A DNA stretch of 64,000 bases, from the NCBI GenBank assembly GCA_032128375.1, contig JAQBGU010000107.1, positions 64,001 through 128,000 of the forward strand, written 5' to 3'. Below, piece after piece: positions 20,410 to 30,645 of the stretch (its first letter is position 1; every line of letters starts with the position of its first letter). The notes under the pieces are model-generated. The model searched no databases. It was not told the DNA's origin and was given only the letters and a program-made list of their open reading frames with translations. The stretch comes from Deltaproteobacteria bacterium. GTDB taxonomy: Bacteria; Myxococcota_A; UBA9160; SMWR01. A program made the translations under genes and the position numbers.

Positions 20410-21495
20410 ATGACCAAAATTCCGACTCCCGAGATTCCGACCCCGAGCGACGTCACATCAGCCTGGCTCACCGGCTGCCTGCAAAAGGCCGGCCACACGG
20501 CCGAGGTGCGGAGTTTCGAAAGCCAGCGGATCGGCACCGGTCAAATCGGGATGTGTGTGCGCTACGCGCTCGATGTCGAGGGCGGGGATGCATCCACACC
20601 CAGGAGCCTGATCGGGAAATTCGCATCCGACGATCCGACCAGTCGACACACGGGTGTCCTGCTCCGCAACTACATCAAGGAGGTCTACTTCTATCGCGAG
20701 CTGCAGCATCGGCTGACGATCTCGACACCGCGCTGCTATTACGCAGAGATCCATGGACAGGGCCCTGAGTTCGCGCTGCTGCTCGAAGACCTCTCGCCCG
20801 GCGAGCAAGGCGATCAACTGGCCGGATGCACGGTCGATGTGGCGCGGGCAGCCGTGCTCGAACTGGTCGGGCTCCACGCACCGAGCTGGTGTGACGACCA
20901 ACTGCGCAGTAGCGAGTGGCTGGGGGAGCCGAGCGCACCGATGATCGCTCTCGGTCGCGCGATGTATCAGGCGCAACTGCCGGGTTTCATCGATCGATAC
21001 GGGCCGAGACTGGAAGCCGACGAAGCGGAGATTATCGAGCAGGTCGCCAGCTCGAGCGCAGCACCGTTCGAACCGCTCCCCAACCCCTATTCACTGGTTC
21101 ACGTCGACTACCGACTCGACAACCTGCTGATCGACACCCAACCCAACCCGCCGAAGATCTCGGCCGTCGATTGGCAGAGCATCACTCTGGGCAGCCCGCT
21201 CTCCGACGTCGCGTATTTCCTGGGTGCGGGTCTGGTGCCCGAGGTTCGCCGCGCGGCCGAACAGGACATCGTCCGCTCCTACCACAACGCTCTGCAGTCG
21301 GCCGGAGTGAAAGGCTACGACTGGCAGGACTGTTGGAACGACTACCGACGCGGCAGCTTCAGCGGCTTTGCGGTCACCATCATCGCGTCGATGATGGTCC
21401 AGCAGACACAGCGAGGTGACGAGATGTTCATCGCGATGGCCCGTCGCCACAGCCGCCACGCGCTCGACCTGAACGCACAGGAGTTTCTGGCCTAG
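20410..21495 (+). CDS. Phosphotransferase (APH/choline-kinase/EcKL-like)
   Basis: EVYFYREL, LLLEDL, HVDYRLDNL, VDWQ, DVAYFL. Confidence 0.88.
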   Translation: MTKIPTPEIPTPSDVTSAWLTGCLQKAGHTAEVRSFESQRIGTGQIGMCVRYALDVEGGDASTPRSLIGKFASDDPTSRHTGVLLRNYIKEVYFYRELQHRLTISTPRCYYAEIHGQGPEFALLLEDLSPGEQGDQLAGCTVDVARAAVLELVGLHAPSWCDDQLRSSEWLGEPSAPMIALGRAMYQAQLPGFIDRYGPRLEADEAEIIEQVASSSAAPFEPLPNPYSLVHVDYRLDNLLIDTQPNPPKISAVDWQSITLGSPLSDVAYFLGAGLVPEVRRAAEQDIVRSYHNALQSAGVKGYDWQDCWNDYRRGSFSGFAVTIIASMMVQQTQRGDEMFIAMARRHSRHALDLNAQEFLA

Positions 21496-21572
21496 GAATC
21501 TGCGCGGCAGAGCGCCAGCTCCAGCGTGCAGGCGACTCCGATGAAGAATGCGAAGACTTCGCCGCAGACTCT
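21492..21572. repeat. Dispersed structured repeat (REP/MITE-like), copy 1
   Basis: CTAGGAATCTGCGCGGCAGAGCGCCAGCTCCAGCGTGCAGGCGA...TTCGCCGCAGACTCT; matches 50827-50898. Confidence 0.75.
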
Positions 21573-21713
21573 GCACGTTTTGCGCGCACGCAGGCGTTGG
21601 AGAATGCGGCCGCCGGTTGTTTCAGACCGACTACGCGGTCGCAGGGTGACCATATCAGGCCGACACCGGCCAAGCCCAGCCGGGCCAGAGACCGGCCGAA
21701 GCCGAAACACCGC

Positions 21714-22574
21714 CTAGTTCATCAAAATCTCACCCGGAGTCATCTTGGCAGCGATCTCTTCGGGCGTCCAAAGGCCGCCGTCATCCGTCTTCGTTACACC
21801 CGTATGAGTGACTACCTGCATTTCAGCGATGCGCCCGCCACCGACGAAGAAGGTCTTGCCCGAGTGATCCTTTGACAGGTCGCTCGCCAGGTAGGTCACC
21901 AACGGAGACACGAGCCCCGGACTCATTCGGGCTTTCATCTTCTCGTCATTGAACCCAGGCAAATCGTCGGTCAGGCGGGTCACCGCGACCGGTGCGAGGA
22001 TGAACGCCCGGATGCCGTACTTCTTGCCCTCGATGGCAAGGCAGCGCGTAAAGCCGGCGATTCCAGCCTTCGCGGCGCCGTAGTTGCATTGGCCGAAGTT
22101 TCCATTCAGCCCAGAGGTCGATGACGTGTTGATCACCACACCGCCCTGGTTGCGCTCCTTCATGTGGTTGTAGACCGCATGGGTCACGCAATAGGTTCCC
22201 TTCAGATGCACGGCTACGACGATGTCCCACATATCTTCGCTGGTGTTCGCAAACGACTTGTCGCGCAGGATCCCGGCGTTGTTGACCAGGATGTCGACCT
22301 TGTCGAATGCATCGAGGCCGCTCTTCAGGATATTCTGGCCGCCTTCGACCGTGGCCACGTTGTCGTAATTCGCGACCGCCTCTCCACCGGCGGCCTTGAT
22401 CTCGTCGACTACCTGGTCGGCCATCGTGGCACCACCGCCAGACCCGTCGCGGGCCCCACCGAGGTCGTTGATCACCAGCGCCGCGCCCTGTTTCGCCATC
22501 GCAAGCGCGTGCTCTCGCCCGATGCCTCCGCCGCTTCCAGTGACAATCGCGACCTTTCCGTCAAGCAGTCCCAT
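21714..22574 (-). CDS. SDR oxidoreductase (3-hydroxyacyl-CoA dehydrogenase/MFE-2-like)
   Basis: TGSGGGIG, VINDLG, NNAGILRD, NFGQCNYGAAK. Confidence 0.92.
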   Translation of the reverse strand: MGLLDGKVAIVTGSGGGIGREHALAMAKQGAALVINDLGGARDGSGGGATMADQVVDEIKAAGGEAVANYDNVATVEGGQNILKSGLDAFDKVDILVNNAGILRDKSFANTSEDMWDIVVAVHLKGTYCVTHAVYNHMKERNQGGVVINTSSTSGLNGNFGQCNYGAAKAGIAGFTRCLAIEGKKYGIRAFILAPVAVTRLTDDLPGFNDEKMKARMSPGLVSPLVTYLASDLSKDHSGKTFFVGGGRIAEMQVVTHTGVTKTDDGGLWTPEEIAAKMTPGEILMN

Positions 22575-22642
22575 GGGGGGGTCCTCCGATCAGTTGGGTT
22601 TTTCAGTTGGTGTCAGTTGTTCTGATGACGCAGTGGATCTGC

Positions 22643-22669
22643 AAAAAAACAGGTGCGGACACTAGCACC
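22643..22669 (-). terminator. Putative intrinsic terminator after the GNAT gene
   Basis: Minus strand reads GGTGC-tagtgtcc-GCACC-TG-T7, just past the stop at 22676. Confidence 0.5.
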
Positions 22670-22675
22670 ACCCCC

Positions 22676-23527
22676 TCAGCTGAACAGGATGGTCCGAAGC
22701 TTTGTGAAGGGCTTGAAGCCGAGGCTCTCGTACAGCCGAGTCGCCGCGTCGTTGCCGTCGACAACAGCCAGTTGCACATGGTCCGCCCCGGCGGCGAACG
22801 CCTCGCGGCACATTTCGGAGACTCCGAATGCCGCGAATCCCTGGCGGCGGTACTCAGGCCAGGTGTAGATCCCCTGCAACAGCCAGCCCTCCGAACGTTG
22901 TACGTCCGCGTATCCGACCATCCGCACGCGCCCGTCCAATTCCACGACCCGCGCACGGGGTATCCGCCCTCGAACCCAGCGCGAAAACCCCTTCTCGTCT
23001 CCAGAAAACGGATCGGGACGACTCTCCTCGCGCAAGCTTTCGCGGGCCGCGATGACCAGATCGGCCAGATCACTGCGCCCTGCGGCGCGCCAGACTTCGC
23101 CAGACCGCGAGTCGACCAGCACTGCGTCCTTGCGCTTCAGCGAATACGCCGTCTCGATTCGGTCGATGAGTGAGCGCCGATAGAGGCGAAGTGCGAGGTG
23201 CCTCCACAGCTCGTCCACGATGGGCGCGTAGCTCTTCACCAGGCCGACTGAGAGACTCTCGAGGTATGGAAGCAACGCATGGATGGCTTCGTCGCCAGCA
23301 TTCGCGTCCAGTACCACGCTCGGGCGCAGCCCGGCCATCGCGACGAGCTCGTCGTCTCGCCAGACGCCGACGAGCTCCGTTCGGCTCTCGCCGGCTTCCG
23401 GCCGGGTTCCCAACTTCGCGGTCAAATCGAGCAGGAACAGGTTCCCGACGGCGTCGCGGCCGAGGTAGCGCAAAGCCGCCTCGCGGTCCGCGATCTCGAG
23501 ATATCTGGACGCCAGCTGAGGAGTCAC
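22676..23527 (-). CDS. GNAT family N-acetyltransferase
   Basis: C-terminal IYTWPEYRRQGFA and NDAATRLYESLGF motifs. Confidence 0.88.
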   Translation of the reverse strand: MTPQLASRYLEIADREAALRYLGRDAVGNLFLLDLTAKLGTRPEAGESRTELVGVWRDDELVAMAGLRPSVVLDANAGDEAIHALLPYLESLSVGLVKSYAPIVDELWRHLALRLYRRSLIDRIETAYSLKRKDAVLVDSRSGEVWRAAGRSDLADLVIAARESLREESRPDPFSGDEKGFSRWVRGRIPRARVVELDGRVRMVGYADVQRSEGWLLQGIYTWPEYRRQGFAAFGVSEMCREAFAAGADHVQLAVVDGNDAATRLYESLGFKPFTKLRTILFS

Positions 23528-23531
23528 CCGG

Positions 23532-23747
23532 TCACGTGATCATCGCGAGGATCATCCCTTCCTCGATGCTGTCGCCCTCAGCCACCCGAATTTCGCTGAT
23601 CGTCCCCTGACAGGGCGCCTCGACCGGAATTTCCATCTTCATGGACTCGATGATCATGATGACATCGTCAGTTTCGACCAAGTCCCCGACCGCCTTCTCA
23701 ATCTTCCACAGATTTCCGGCGATCTGCGCCTCCACCTCGGTGGCCAT
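23532..23747 (-). CDS. Stand-alone biotin/lipoyl carrier protein
   Basis: 71 aa with IESMKMEIPV biotinylation motif; GAGGAG RBS. Confidence 0.92.
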   Translation of the reverse strand: MATEVEAQIAGNLWKIEKAVGDLVETDDVIMIIESMKMEIPVEAPCQGTISEIRVAEGDSIEEGMILAMIT

Positions 23748-23957
23748 CTACGCTCCTCGCTTTCCACAAGCTGGCTCGGGTCGGATCGCACCCGCCAGCG
23801 CCCGCGAGGCATCGCGGACCCTACCATGGTGCACACGCTCGGGTGGCTGGGCAAGCCGGGCGGCCATCCCGGCCAGAACGTTCCCGTGATTGGGCGAGCG
23901 CGGGGGTTCTTCACAGCCGCTGGCATCCGCTATTCTCGCCGCCTTCCGGAGATCTGA

Positions 23958-25454
23958 GTGCTCGAAACCCTGACCCGAGGCTTCACCTCCGCCCGCGAAA
24001 AACTGGGCGGCGTTCGCGAACTGACGGACGAGAACGTCGACCAATCGCTTCGCGACGTTCGAAGCTCGCTGCTCGAGGCGGACGTCGACCTCAAGGTGGC
24101 TCGCGATTTTCTGGCGCGCGTCAAGCAGCGCTCTCTCGGCGAGAAGGTCGCGACGCGGGCGAAAGATGGGTCCGGGCGCAAGATCCGAGTCACCCCCGGC
24201 CAACATTTCATCAAGATCTGCGAAGAAGAGCTGATCTCGCTGATGGGCCCCGTCGAGACGTCACTGGCACAGACCAACGGTGTCACGTCGCTGATGCTGG
24301 TGGGACTTCAAGGCGTAGGAAAGACGACTATCGCGGCAAAGCTGGCGCGGCATCTGCAGAAGCAAAACCGGCGCCCGCTGCTGGTTGCAGCCGACATCTA
24401 TCGCCCTGCGGCGGTATTGCAGTTGCAACAGCTCGGGGGCCGAATCGCCGTCGAGGTACATGTCGGTGACGACGGCGAACAACCCGCCTCGATCTGCCGC
24501 AACGCCAAGCAGCGGGCCAGGCGCGAAGGCTTCGACGCCATCATCTACGACACGGCCGGCCGGCTCGCGATCGATTCCGAACTGATGGCCGAGCTGACAT
24601 CCATCACCGAGGCCACCTCGCCGGCGAATACGCTGCTGGTCTGCGACGCACTGATGGGGCGAGACGCGGTCAATACCGCGCAGTCATTCAGCCAGCAGCT
24701 CAATATCGATGGCTTGATCCTCACGAAACTAGACGGCGACGCGCGCGGGGGGGCGGCGCTTGCGATCAAAGCCGTCACCGGAGTGCCGATCAAGTTTCTC
24801 GGCACCGGCGAGGCGATCGACAGACTGGAGCCGTTCCGGCCCGAGGGCCTCGCGTCGCGAATCCTCGGGATGGGCGACATTGTCGGACTCGTCAAAGATT
24901 TCGAAGAGATCGTCGACGAAAAGGAAGCAGAGGAGGACGCCGAGAGGCTGCTGAAAGGGAAATTCGGACTCGACGATCTGCTCAAGCAACTCCGGACGAT
25001 CCAGAAGATGGGCTCGCTTCGCGATGTGTTTGCGAAGCTCCCCGTGTTCGGCTCAATGGCAGACCAGGTCGACGAGAATGAGCTCGGCCGCGTCGAGGCG
25101 CTGATTCAATCGATGACCCCGGCCGAGCGCGCCAAGCCGGACACGATCGACAAGAGCCGGATGACGCGAATCGCCAAAGGGAGCGGTCGGCGATCCAAGG
25201 ACGTACGCGACCTCTTGAACCGCTTCGGCCAGATGCGAACGATGATGGCCGAACTCGGCAGCGGCGGCGGAATGCTCGGAAAGATCCCCGGTATGGGGCG
25301 ATTCGCCGGTGCCGGCGGGATGAACCCCACAGCGCTACTCGGCCCGCCAGCAGGGAGCCAGAAAATTCAGCGCCAAGCTGCGGGTGCGAAGAATCGGCAG
25401 AAGGGCAAGCGAAAGGATGCCCGCAAGGCGCGCAAGAAGAATCGAAAACGCTGA
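23958..25454 (+). CDS. ffh: Signal recognition particle protein
   Basis: LLEADV, GLQGVGKTT, DTAGRL, TKLDGDARGG, RILGMGD and a Met-rich M domain. Confidence 0.97.
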   Translation: MLETLTRGFTSAREKLGGVRELTDENVDQSLRDVRSSLLEADVDLKVARDFLARVKQRSLGEKVATRAKDGSGRKIRVTPGQHFIKICEEELISLMGPVETSLAQTNGVTSLMLVGLQGVGKTTIAAKLARHLQKQNRRPLLVAADIYRPAAVLQLQQLGGRIAVEVHVGDDGEQPASICRNAKQRARREGFDAIIYDTAGRLAIDSELMAELTSITEATSPANTLLVCDALMGRDAVNTAQSFSQQLNIDGLILTKLDGDARGGAALAIKAVTGVPIKFLGTGEAIDRLEPFRPEGLASRILGMGDIVGLVKDFEEIVDEKEAEEDAERLLKGKFGLDDLLKQLRTIQKMGSLRDVFAKLPVFGSMADQVDENELGRVEALIQSMTPAERAKPDTIDKSRMTRIAKGSGRRSKDVRDLLNRFGQMRTMMAELGSGGGMLGKIPGMGRFAGAGGMNPTALLGPPAGSQKIQRQAAGAKNRQKGKRKDARKARKKNRKR

Positions 25455-25596
25455 CGACCGGGTCTCGCGCTATCTTCTGGCCGAGGCTGAAGTCCTGGGT
25501 TGGACCCCCTACCCCGCGGGACAAGCCCGCCAGAACTCGACACCGAACGCAGGAACCGAAAGTTCCACACTGAATTTGCCGATCTACGATCTAACC

Positions 25597-27903
25597 ATGC
25601 ATGCCATCCGACTTCTCGTTCTTCCAGCCCTGATCCTCATCGCCGCGGCAGCCTCTGCTTCGAACCAGATTCCGAGACCCGCCGGGCTCGAACCGCAGGT
25701 CCGGTTCTGGACCCGCATCTATTCCGAGGTCGACCAGCGCGGCGGATTGATTCACGACTCGGTCCACCTCGATGTCGTCTACGAAGCGATCCGGATCCCG
25801 GACGGCCTCAGCAGCCACTCTCGGGAACGCCGAATCCAGCGCGCAAAAGACGGCTACGAGGCGATCCTTCGACGGCTCGCGCGGGGTACCCGAACCGGGC
25901 TGAATCCGGAAGAAGCGCGTGTGCTGGCACTCTGGCCCGAGGGCGTTTCGAACGCGACCCTGCGGTCCGCGGCTTCGCAACTGCGTTTCCAACTGGGACA
26001 AGCCGATCGCTTCCGCGCGGGATTGATCAGGGCGGGACGCTGGCAAGCGCACATTGTGGCGATGCTGCGAAAACACAGAGTGCCGCTGGAACTCGCCGCG
26101 CTTCCGCAAGTGGAATCGTCGTTCAATCCAGCTGCGTACTCGAGCGTCGGTGCCGCCGGGTTGTGGCAGTTCACCCGATCGACGGGTCGCCTGTTCATGC
26201 GCGTCGACAGCGTTGTCGACGAGCGCATGGATCCGTTTGTCGCGAGCGAAGGCGCCGCTCGACTGCTGCGCTCAAACTTCGATTCACTCGGCAGCTGGCC
26301 GCTCGCGATCACAGCCTACAACCACGGGGTTGGCGGAATGAAAGGCGCGATACGCCAGCTCGGCACAACGGACATTTCAGTCATCGTAAAGAAGTACAGA
26401 TCTCGTTCGTTCGGCTTCGCGTCGCGCAACTTCTACGCAGAATTTCTGGCCGCGCTCGATGTCGATCACAGCGCGGAGCGCTTCTTTGGTCCAACCGACC
26501 CGGATTCGCCGGTGCGCTACGACACCGTCACGCTTGATCACTACTACACGGCCAGCGCCATCGAGAGTGCCCTCGGCATCGACCCGACGACGCTGCGCGA
26601 ACACAATCAATCGCTGCGACCCTCAGTGTGGAACGGCGCAAAGTATCTGCCTCGTGGCTTTGCGCTGCGAATTCCGAGAGGTGCCGCTTCCAAGAGCGTC
26701 GCGGTTGCGATCGCTTCGATCTCGCCTTCGCAGCGATTTTCCGAACAGCACCGGGACCGTTTTCACAAAGTGCAGCGCGGCGACAGCCTGTCGAAAATCG
26801 CCCGGCACTACCACGTCAGCGAGCGCGACCTGATGGGCCTGAACAACCTGTCCAGCCGAAACCGCATCCGCGCCGGCCAGGTCCTGACATTGCCCGATCG
26901 GCCGGGGACACACGCCCCCGTCTCCGTTGCACGAATGGACGCACCCGCGGATGGGAGCTACCAGGTTCGTCGCGGTGACACCATTTCGACGATTGCGGGA
27001 CGTTTCGGGCTGACCGAATCGAAGCTGGTGGCGCAGAACGGCCTGCGCAATCGCAACCAGATTTCGGTTGGCCAGCGATTGCGCGTAGCGAATGGCGAAT
27101 CAGCGCCGAAACCAACCGCGGCCCCCAACCCAGCAGGCGCGCATGAGACAGCTCTTGTGAAGAAAATGCCGGACGAGACTGTGGCGGCGAACGCCCCTCC
27201 GTCTCGCGCATCTGAGTTGCGGGAGACCACCACGACTCCTGCATCCGACGTCTCCAAACCGGATGCGCTGATCGCCTCACTCGACCCGGCCCCCAGCGAA
27301 GCCGCCTTGTCCGCCAACACGCAGCCTCCAACGCGAGACCCAAAAACGCAAGACCCGGAAACGAGCATTCCGTCTGTGCCAAACCAGGTCATCGGCTATT
27401 CGGATCCGATCGCCGCTCCAGAATATCTCGAAGAAACACCCGTCGGCTCGTCGCCGGTCATTCCCGCCGTCGATCCCTCGGACTACTCGGTGACAGGATC
27501 TGGTCAGATCACCGTCCAGGCCGCAGAAACGCTCGGCCACTATGCGGAATGGCTCGACGTCCCCACCCACCGACTGCGTCAGCTCAACGGCATGAAGTAC
27601 GGCGCTCCTGTCGTGATCGGCCGACAGAAGAAGCTCGATTTCTCCCGCGTCACGCCCTCAGCCTTCGAGGAATTGCGCTTGGACTACCACCGCTCCATTC
27701 AGGAGTCGTTCTACGACGCCTATGACGTCACCGGCACCGACGCCCACGTGCTGCGAAAGGGCGACACGCTGTGGCAGCTGGCCGAGCGCGAGTACCGGCT
27801 ACCGGTGTGGCTGCTGCGCCACTACAACCCGACGCTCGACTTCGGCGCGCTTCAGTCGGGAACGAAGATGATCATTCCGCGCATCTCGCCCAGAACCAGC
27901 TGA
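25597..27903 (+). CDS. MltD-like lytic transglycosylase with several LysM domains
   Basis: Signal peptide; VESSFNP, AAGLWQF, AYNHG SLT motifs; LysM repeats (HKVQRGDSL, YQVRRGDTI, HVLRKGDTLW). Confidence 0.92.
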   Translation: MHAIRLLVLPALILIAAAASASNQIPRPAGLEPQVRFWTRIYSEVDQRGGLIHDSVHLDVVYEAIRIPDGLSSHSRERRIQRAKDGYEAILRRLARGTRTGLNPEEARVLALWPEGVSNATLRSAASQLRFQLGQADRFRAGLIRAGRWQAHIVAMLRKHRVPLELAALPQVESSFNPAAYSSVGAAGLWQFTRSTGRLFMRVDSVVDERMDPFVASEGAARLLRSNFDSLGSWPLAITAYNHGVGGMKGAIRQLGTTDISVIVKKYRSRSFGFASRNFYAEFLAALDVDHSAERFFGPTDPDSPVRYDTVTLDHYYTASAIESALGIDPTTLREHNQSLRPSVWNGAKYLPRGFALRIPRGAASKSVAVAIASISPSQRFSEQHRDRFHKVQRGDSLSKIARHYHVSERDLMGLNNLSSRNRIRAGQVLTLPDRPGTHAPVSVARMDAPADGSYQVRRGDTISTIAGRFGLTESKLVAQNGLRNRNQISVGQRLRVANGESAPKPTAAPNPAGAHETALVKKMPDETVAANAPPSRASELRETTTTPASDVSKPDALIASLDPAPSEAALSANTQPPTRDPKTQDPETSIPSVPNQVIGYSDPIAAPEYLEETPVGSSPVIPAVDPSDYSVTGSGQITVQAAETLGHYAEWLDVPTHRLRQLNGMKYGAPVVIGRQKKLDFSRVTPSAFEELRLDYHRSIQESFYDAYDVTGTDAHVLRKGDTLWQLAEREYRLPVWLLRHYNPTLDFGALQSGTKMIIPRISPRTS

Positions 27904-27916
27904 GACCTCACCCCGT

Positions 27917-28591
27917 CTACACCTGGAAGAGTGTTTCATCCGGGAGCCTGATCGCGGTGAGCTTTCCGCCGTAGACCGCGCCGGTATCGATGCCGATGCT
28001 GAACGGAGAATTCCAGCGGACTTCCAGGTCATTGGCAGGCGTGTGTCCGTAGACGATCGTGATACCCAGTTTGTGCGGCATATCCGCCGTGGTCCGGTTC
28101 CACAGAATGTCTTCGGCAGCGGCTTTGCGCAGCGCGAAGTCGACGTCGTCACATTCGAGCGCGGCGCGGCTGAGGCCGGCGTGTACGAACAGGTAATCGC
28201 CATCGCGATGGTGAAGTTTGAGGCCTTGGAAGAACTTCGTGTGTGACGCGGGCAGCTGAAACTCCGAGGGATCCAGATCCGAAGCGAAGTACTCGTAGGA
28301 GACCAGCGTCCGGTCTCCCCCGTTCATCAAGAAGGCGTCGCCGGCGAAGCAATTCGAATCGGTCCAGCCGAGGAAGTCGAGAAACATCGACTCGTGGTTG
28401 CCGATCAGAAACGTGCAGGGCCACTCACTTTCGAGCCGAATCAACCGGTCGATGACACCCCGTGAGTCCGGGCCCCGATCCACGTAGTCGCCCATGAAGA
28501 CCAGCCGGTCATCGGCGCGAAGAGGCAGCGCCGCGAGCAACTCATCCAATCTCTCGCGTTCACCGTGGATGTCACCGATCGCGTACAGCAC
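27917..28591 (-). CDS. Metallophosphoesterase (PPP-like Ser/Thr phosphatase family)
   Basis: GDIHG, GDYVDRG, GNHE, VHAG, GHT, IDTGA. Confidence 0.93.
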   Translation of the reverse strand: MLYAIGDIHGERERLDELLAALPLRADDRLVFMGDYVDRGPDSRGVIDRLIRLESEWPCTFLIGNHESMFLDFLGWTDSNCFAGDAFLMNGGDRTLVSYEYFASDLDPSEFQLPASHTKFFQGLKLHHRDGDYLFVHAGLSRAALECDDVDFALRKAAAEDILWNRTTADMPHKLGITIVYGHTPANDLEVRWNSPFSIGIDTGAVYGGKLTAIRLPDETLFQV

Positions 28592-28651
28592 GAATTATCG
28601 AATCCTCACGAGGGAACGTTGCCGAACGTTCGACCCGACGCTTAGCAAAGA

Positions 28652-29740
28652 TCATGCGTCCTGAACCTTCATCGACTCTGCATGAGATGGACTGGATCCC
28701 CCAGACAGGGACCGGCGCAATGCCAGCTGCCCGCAAGCCGCTCCGATATCGTCCCCACGGCTTCGCCGCAGAGTCACCCTCATGCCCGCATTCGCCAAAA
28801 CCCGAAGGAATGCATCGATCGTGTCGGGTCCGGGTGGGCGGTAGGGCGAGTCGGGATGCGGATTCATCGGGATCAGATTCACCTTGCACGGGATCCCACG
28901 CAGCAACCGGGGCAGTCTGCGCGCATCTTCGACCGAGTCGTTTACCCCCTCGATCAGCGTGTACTCGAAAAACACCGGGCGCCGCGCGTTCACTTCGTCG
29001 AGTGAGCGCAGCTCATCCAACAGCGAACCGAGCGGAAACTTCCGATTGAGTGGCACCAGCCTGTCGCGCGTCACGTCTGTCGTCGCGTGAAGCGAAACGG
29101 CCAAGTGGATCGGTGCAATCTCGAGCAGCTCCCGAATTTTCGGAACCACGCCGACCGTGGATACAGTAATCCGCCTTGGTGCAAAACCAAACGCTTTCGG
29201 ATGCACCAGAATCCGCACGGCCGAGCGAACGGCGTCGAGGTTGAGCAGCGGTTCCCCCATACCCATGAACACGATGTTCGTGATCCTGCAGGGGAGCTCG
29301 AGCACCACGCGCATCCGACAGACCTGGTCGATGATCTCCGCGGTCGTGAGATTGCGTACAAAGCCCATCGCGCCAGTCGCACAAAACGTACAGGCCATTG
29401 CGCAGCCGACCTGTGTGGAGACACATAGTGTCGTGCGAGCCGGCTCGGGAATCAGTACCGCCTCGATTCGTGTCTCGTCCGCAGCTCGAAGAATGGCCTT
29501 GACGGTACCGTCATTCGAGCGGTCGATGCGCTCGACCTCGAGCGATCGAGTCTGCCACTCGAGCGCCAGCTTCTCGCGAAGGGCGAGGTCGAGGTTGGTC
29601 ATCTCCGCCAGCTCCTCGACCCCTTGCCGGTACAGCCAACCCAGGACCTGATCGGCTCGGTAGGGCGCGATCCCCCGCGCCGAGAACAGCTCGCGCAGTC
29701 GTTCGGGGGTGTGGTCTTTGATCTGGTCTAGCTCGGACAT
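28652..29740 (-). CDS. rlmN: 23S rRNA m2A2503 / tRNA radical-SAM methyltransferase
   Basis: CVSTQVGCAMACTFC, MGMGEPLLN, VNLIPMN, AACGQL. Confidence 0.96.
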   Translation of the reverse strand: MSELDQIKDHTPERLRELFSARGIAPYRADQVLGWLYRQGVEELAEMTNLDLALREKLALEWQTRSLEVERIDRSNDGTVKAILRAADETRIEAVLIPEPARTTLCVSTQVGCAMACTFCATGAMGFVRNLTTAEIIDQVCRMRVVLELPCRITNIVFMGMGEPLLNLDAVRSAVRILVHPKAFGFAPRRITVSTVGVVPKIRELLEIAPIHLAVSLHATTDVTRDRLVPLNRKFPLGSLLDELRSLDEVNARRPVFFEYTLIEGVNDSVEDARRLPRLLRGIPCKVNLIPMNPHPDSPYRPPGPDTIDAFLRVLANAGMRVTLRRSRGDDIGAACGQLALRRSLSGGSSPSHAESMKVQDA

Positions 29741-30453
29741 GAGTTCGGCGATCGTGTGACGGGTGGGTTACGGGGTTGTCTCGGAGTTGATCGAGGTGTT
29801 TCCGGGACACAATCCCCATCCCGAAAGTACTCGAAGTAGAAACATCTGCAGCCCTGCCCTCGCCATTCGCGCTCGAACAGCGTCCGCGGCGAAGCCGAGC
29901 GCTGGCGTCGATAGCGATCCGGCGCATACGCGTTGCGTAGTCCTCGGGCTCGCGTGAGCACGTCATCGATGATTCGAGCGTAGTCCGAATCGTCGGTCGC
30001 AATCTGGATGGAGCCACCCGGCGAAAGCTTCTGCGTCAGATCATGGACGAATCGGGGAGTGACCAATCGGCGACGCCGGTGGTGCCGCTTCGGCCACGGA
30101 TCGGGAAAGTTGATCCAGAACGATTCGACCGAGGCGTCCTCGAAAGCCTCGCGAACCGCCCATTCCGCAGCGGTTCCGATCAATCGAACGTTGCGGATCG
30201 GTGCTTTGGACAAGCGGCGAGTCAGCTTCAAAACCCGGTCGAAGACGAGTTCAATTCCGACGAACGCCCGTTCGGGGTGACGCTGAGCCAGATCGATCAG
30301 GAACTCGCCACCACCAAAACCGACGTCGACGTGAAGCTGCAGCGGCGCATCGGCGGGCGCCGCGAAAATTTTCGTCCATTCGGCGCCGGCTGCTTCGATC
30401 GGCCACAGTCGCCAGTCGTCACCAGCCACCTCTTTTTTGATGGTTCGAGACAT
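29728..30453 (-). CDS. trmB: tRNA (guanine-N7)-methyltransferase
   Basis: DVGFGGGEFL, FVGIEL, NFPDPWPKRHHRRRRL, IATD. Confidence 0.9.
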   Translation of the reverse strand: MSRTIKKEVAGDDWRLWPIEAAGAEWTKIFAAPADAPLQLHVDVGFGGGEFLIDLAQRHPERAFVGIELVFDRVLKLTRRLSKAPIRNVRLIGTAAEWAVREAFEDASVESFWINFPDPWPKRHHRRRRLVTPRFVHDLTQKLSPGGSIQIATDDSDYARIIDDVLTRARGLRNAYAPDRYRRQRSASPRTLFEREWRGQGCRCFYFEYFRDGDCVPETPRSTPRQPRNPPVTRSPNSCPS

Positions 30454-30564
30454 CAGCAGAGAGCTCGAGAAATGTCAGGCGCTGAGCCCGACAATGCTGT
30501 TGTCGCGCGACAGCACACGAGACCGAACACCCAATACGCGCCAATCAAGCAGCCCGATCCGTCC

Positions 30565-30591
30565 TCGGACATGTCGGACACGTCAGACACC
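30565..30591. repeat. Tandem repeat 3 x 9 bp, TCGGACACG-like
   Basis: tcggacatg tcggacacg tcagacacc in the sppA-trmB spacer. Confidence 0.7.
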
Positions 30592-30645
30592 TCAAAAGCG
30601 CCAGCCACGCCACGGCAACGAAGAGCGAGCACAGCGAAATCGCCG

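Noticed and set aside
23958..25454. ffh not followed by rpsP-rimM-trmD
   Set aside because: That synteny is often broken, and the protein looks intact and ordinary.
25455..25596. SRP RNA or c-di-AMP/c-di-GMP riboswitch between ffh and the LysM transglycosylase
   Set aside because: Small stems exist (TTCTGGC/GCCAGAA, GCGGG/CCCGC), but I could not match the conserved motifs of any of these RNAs.
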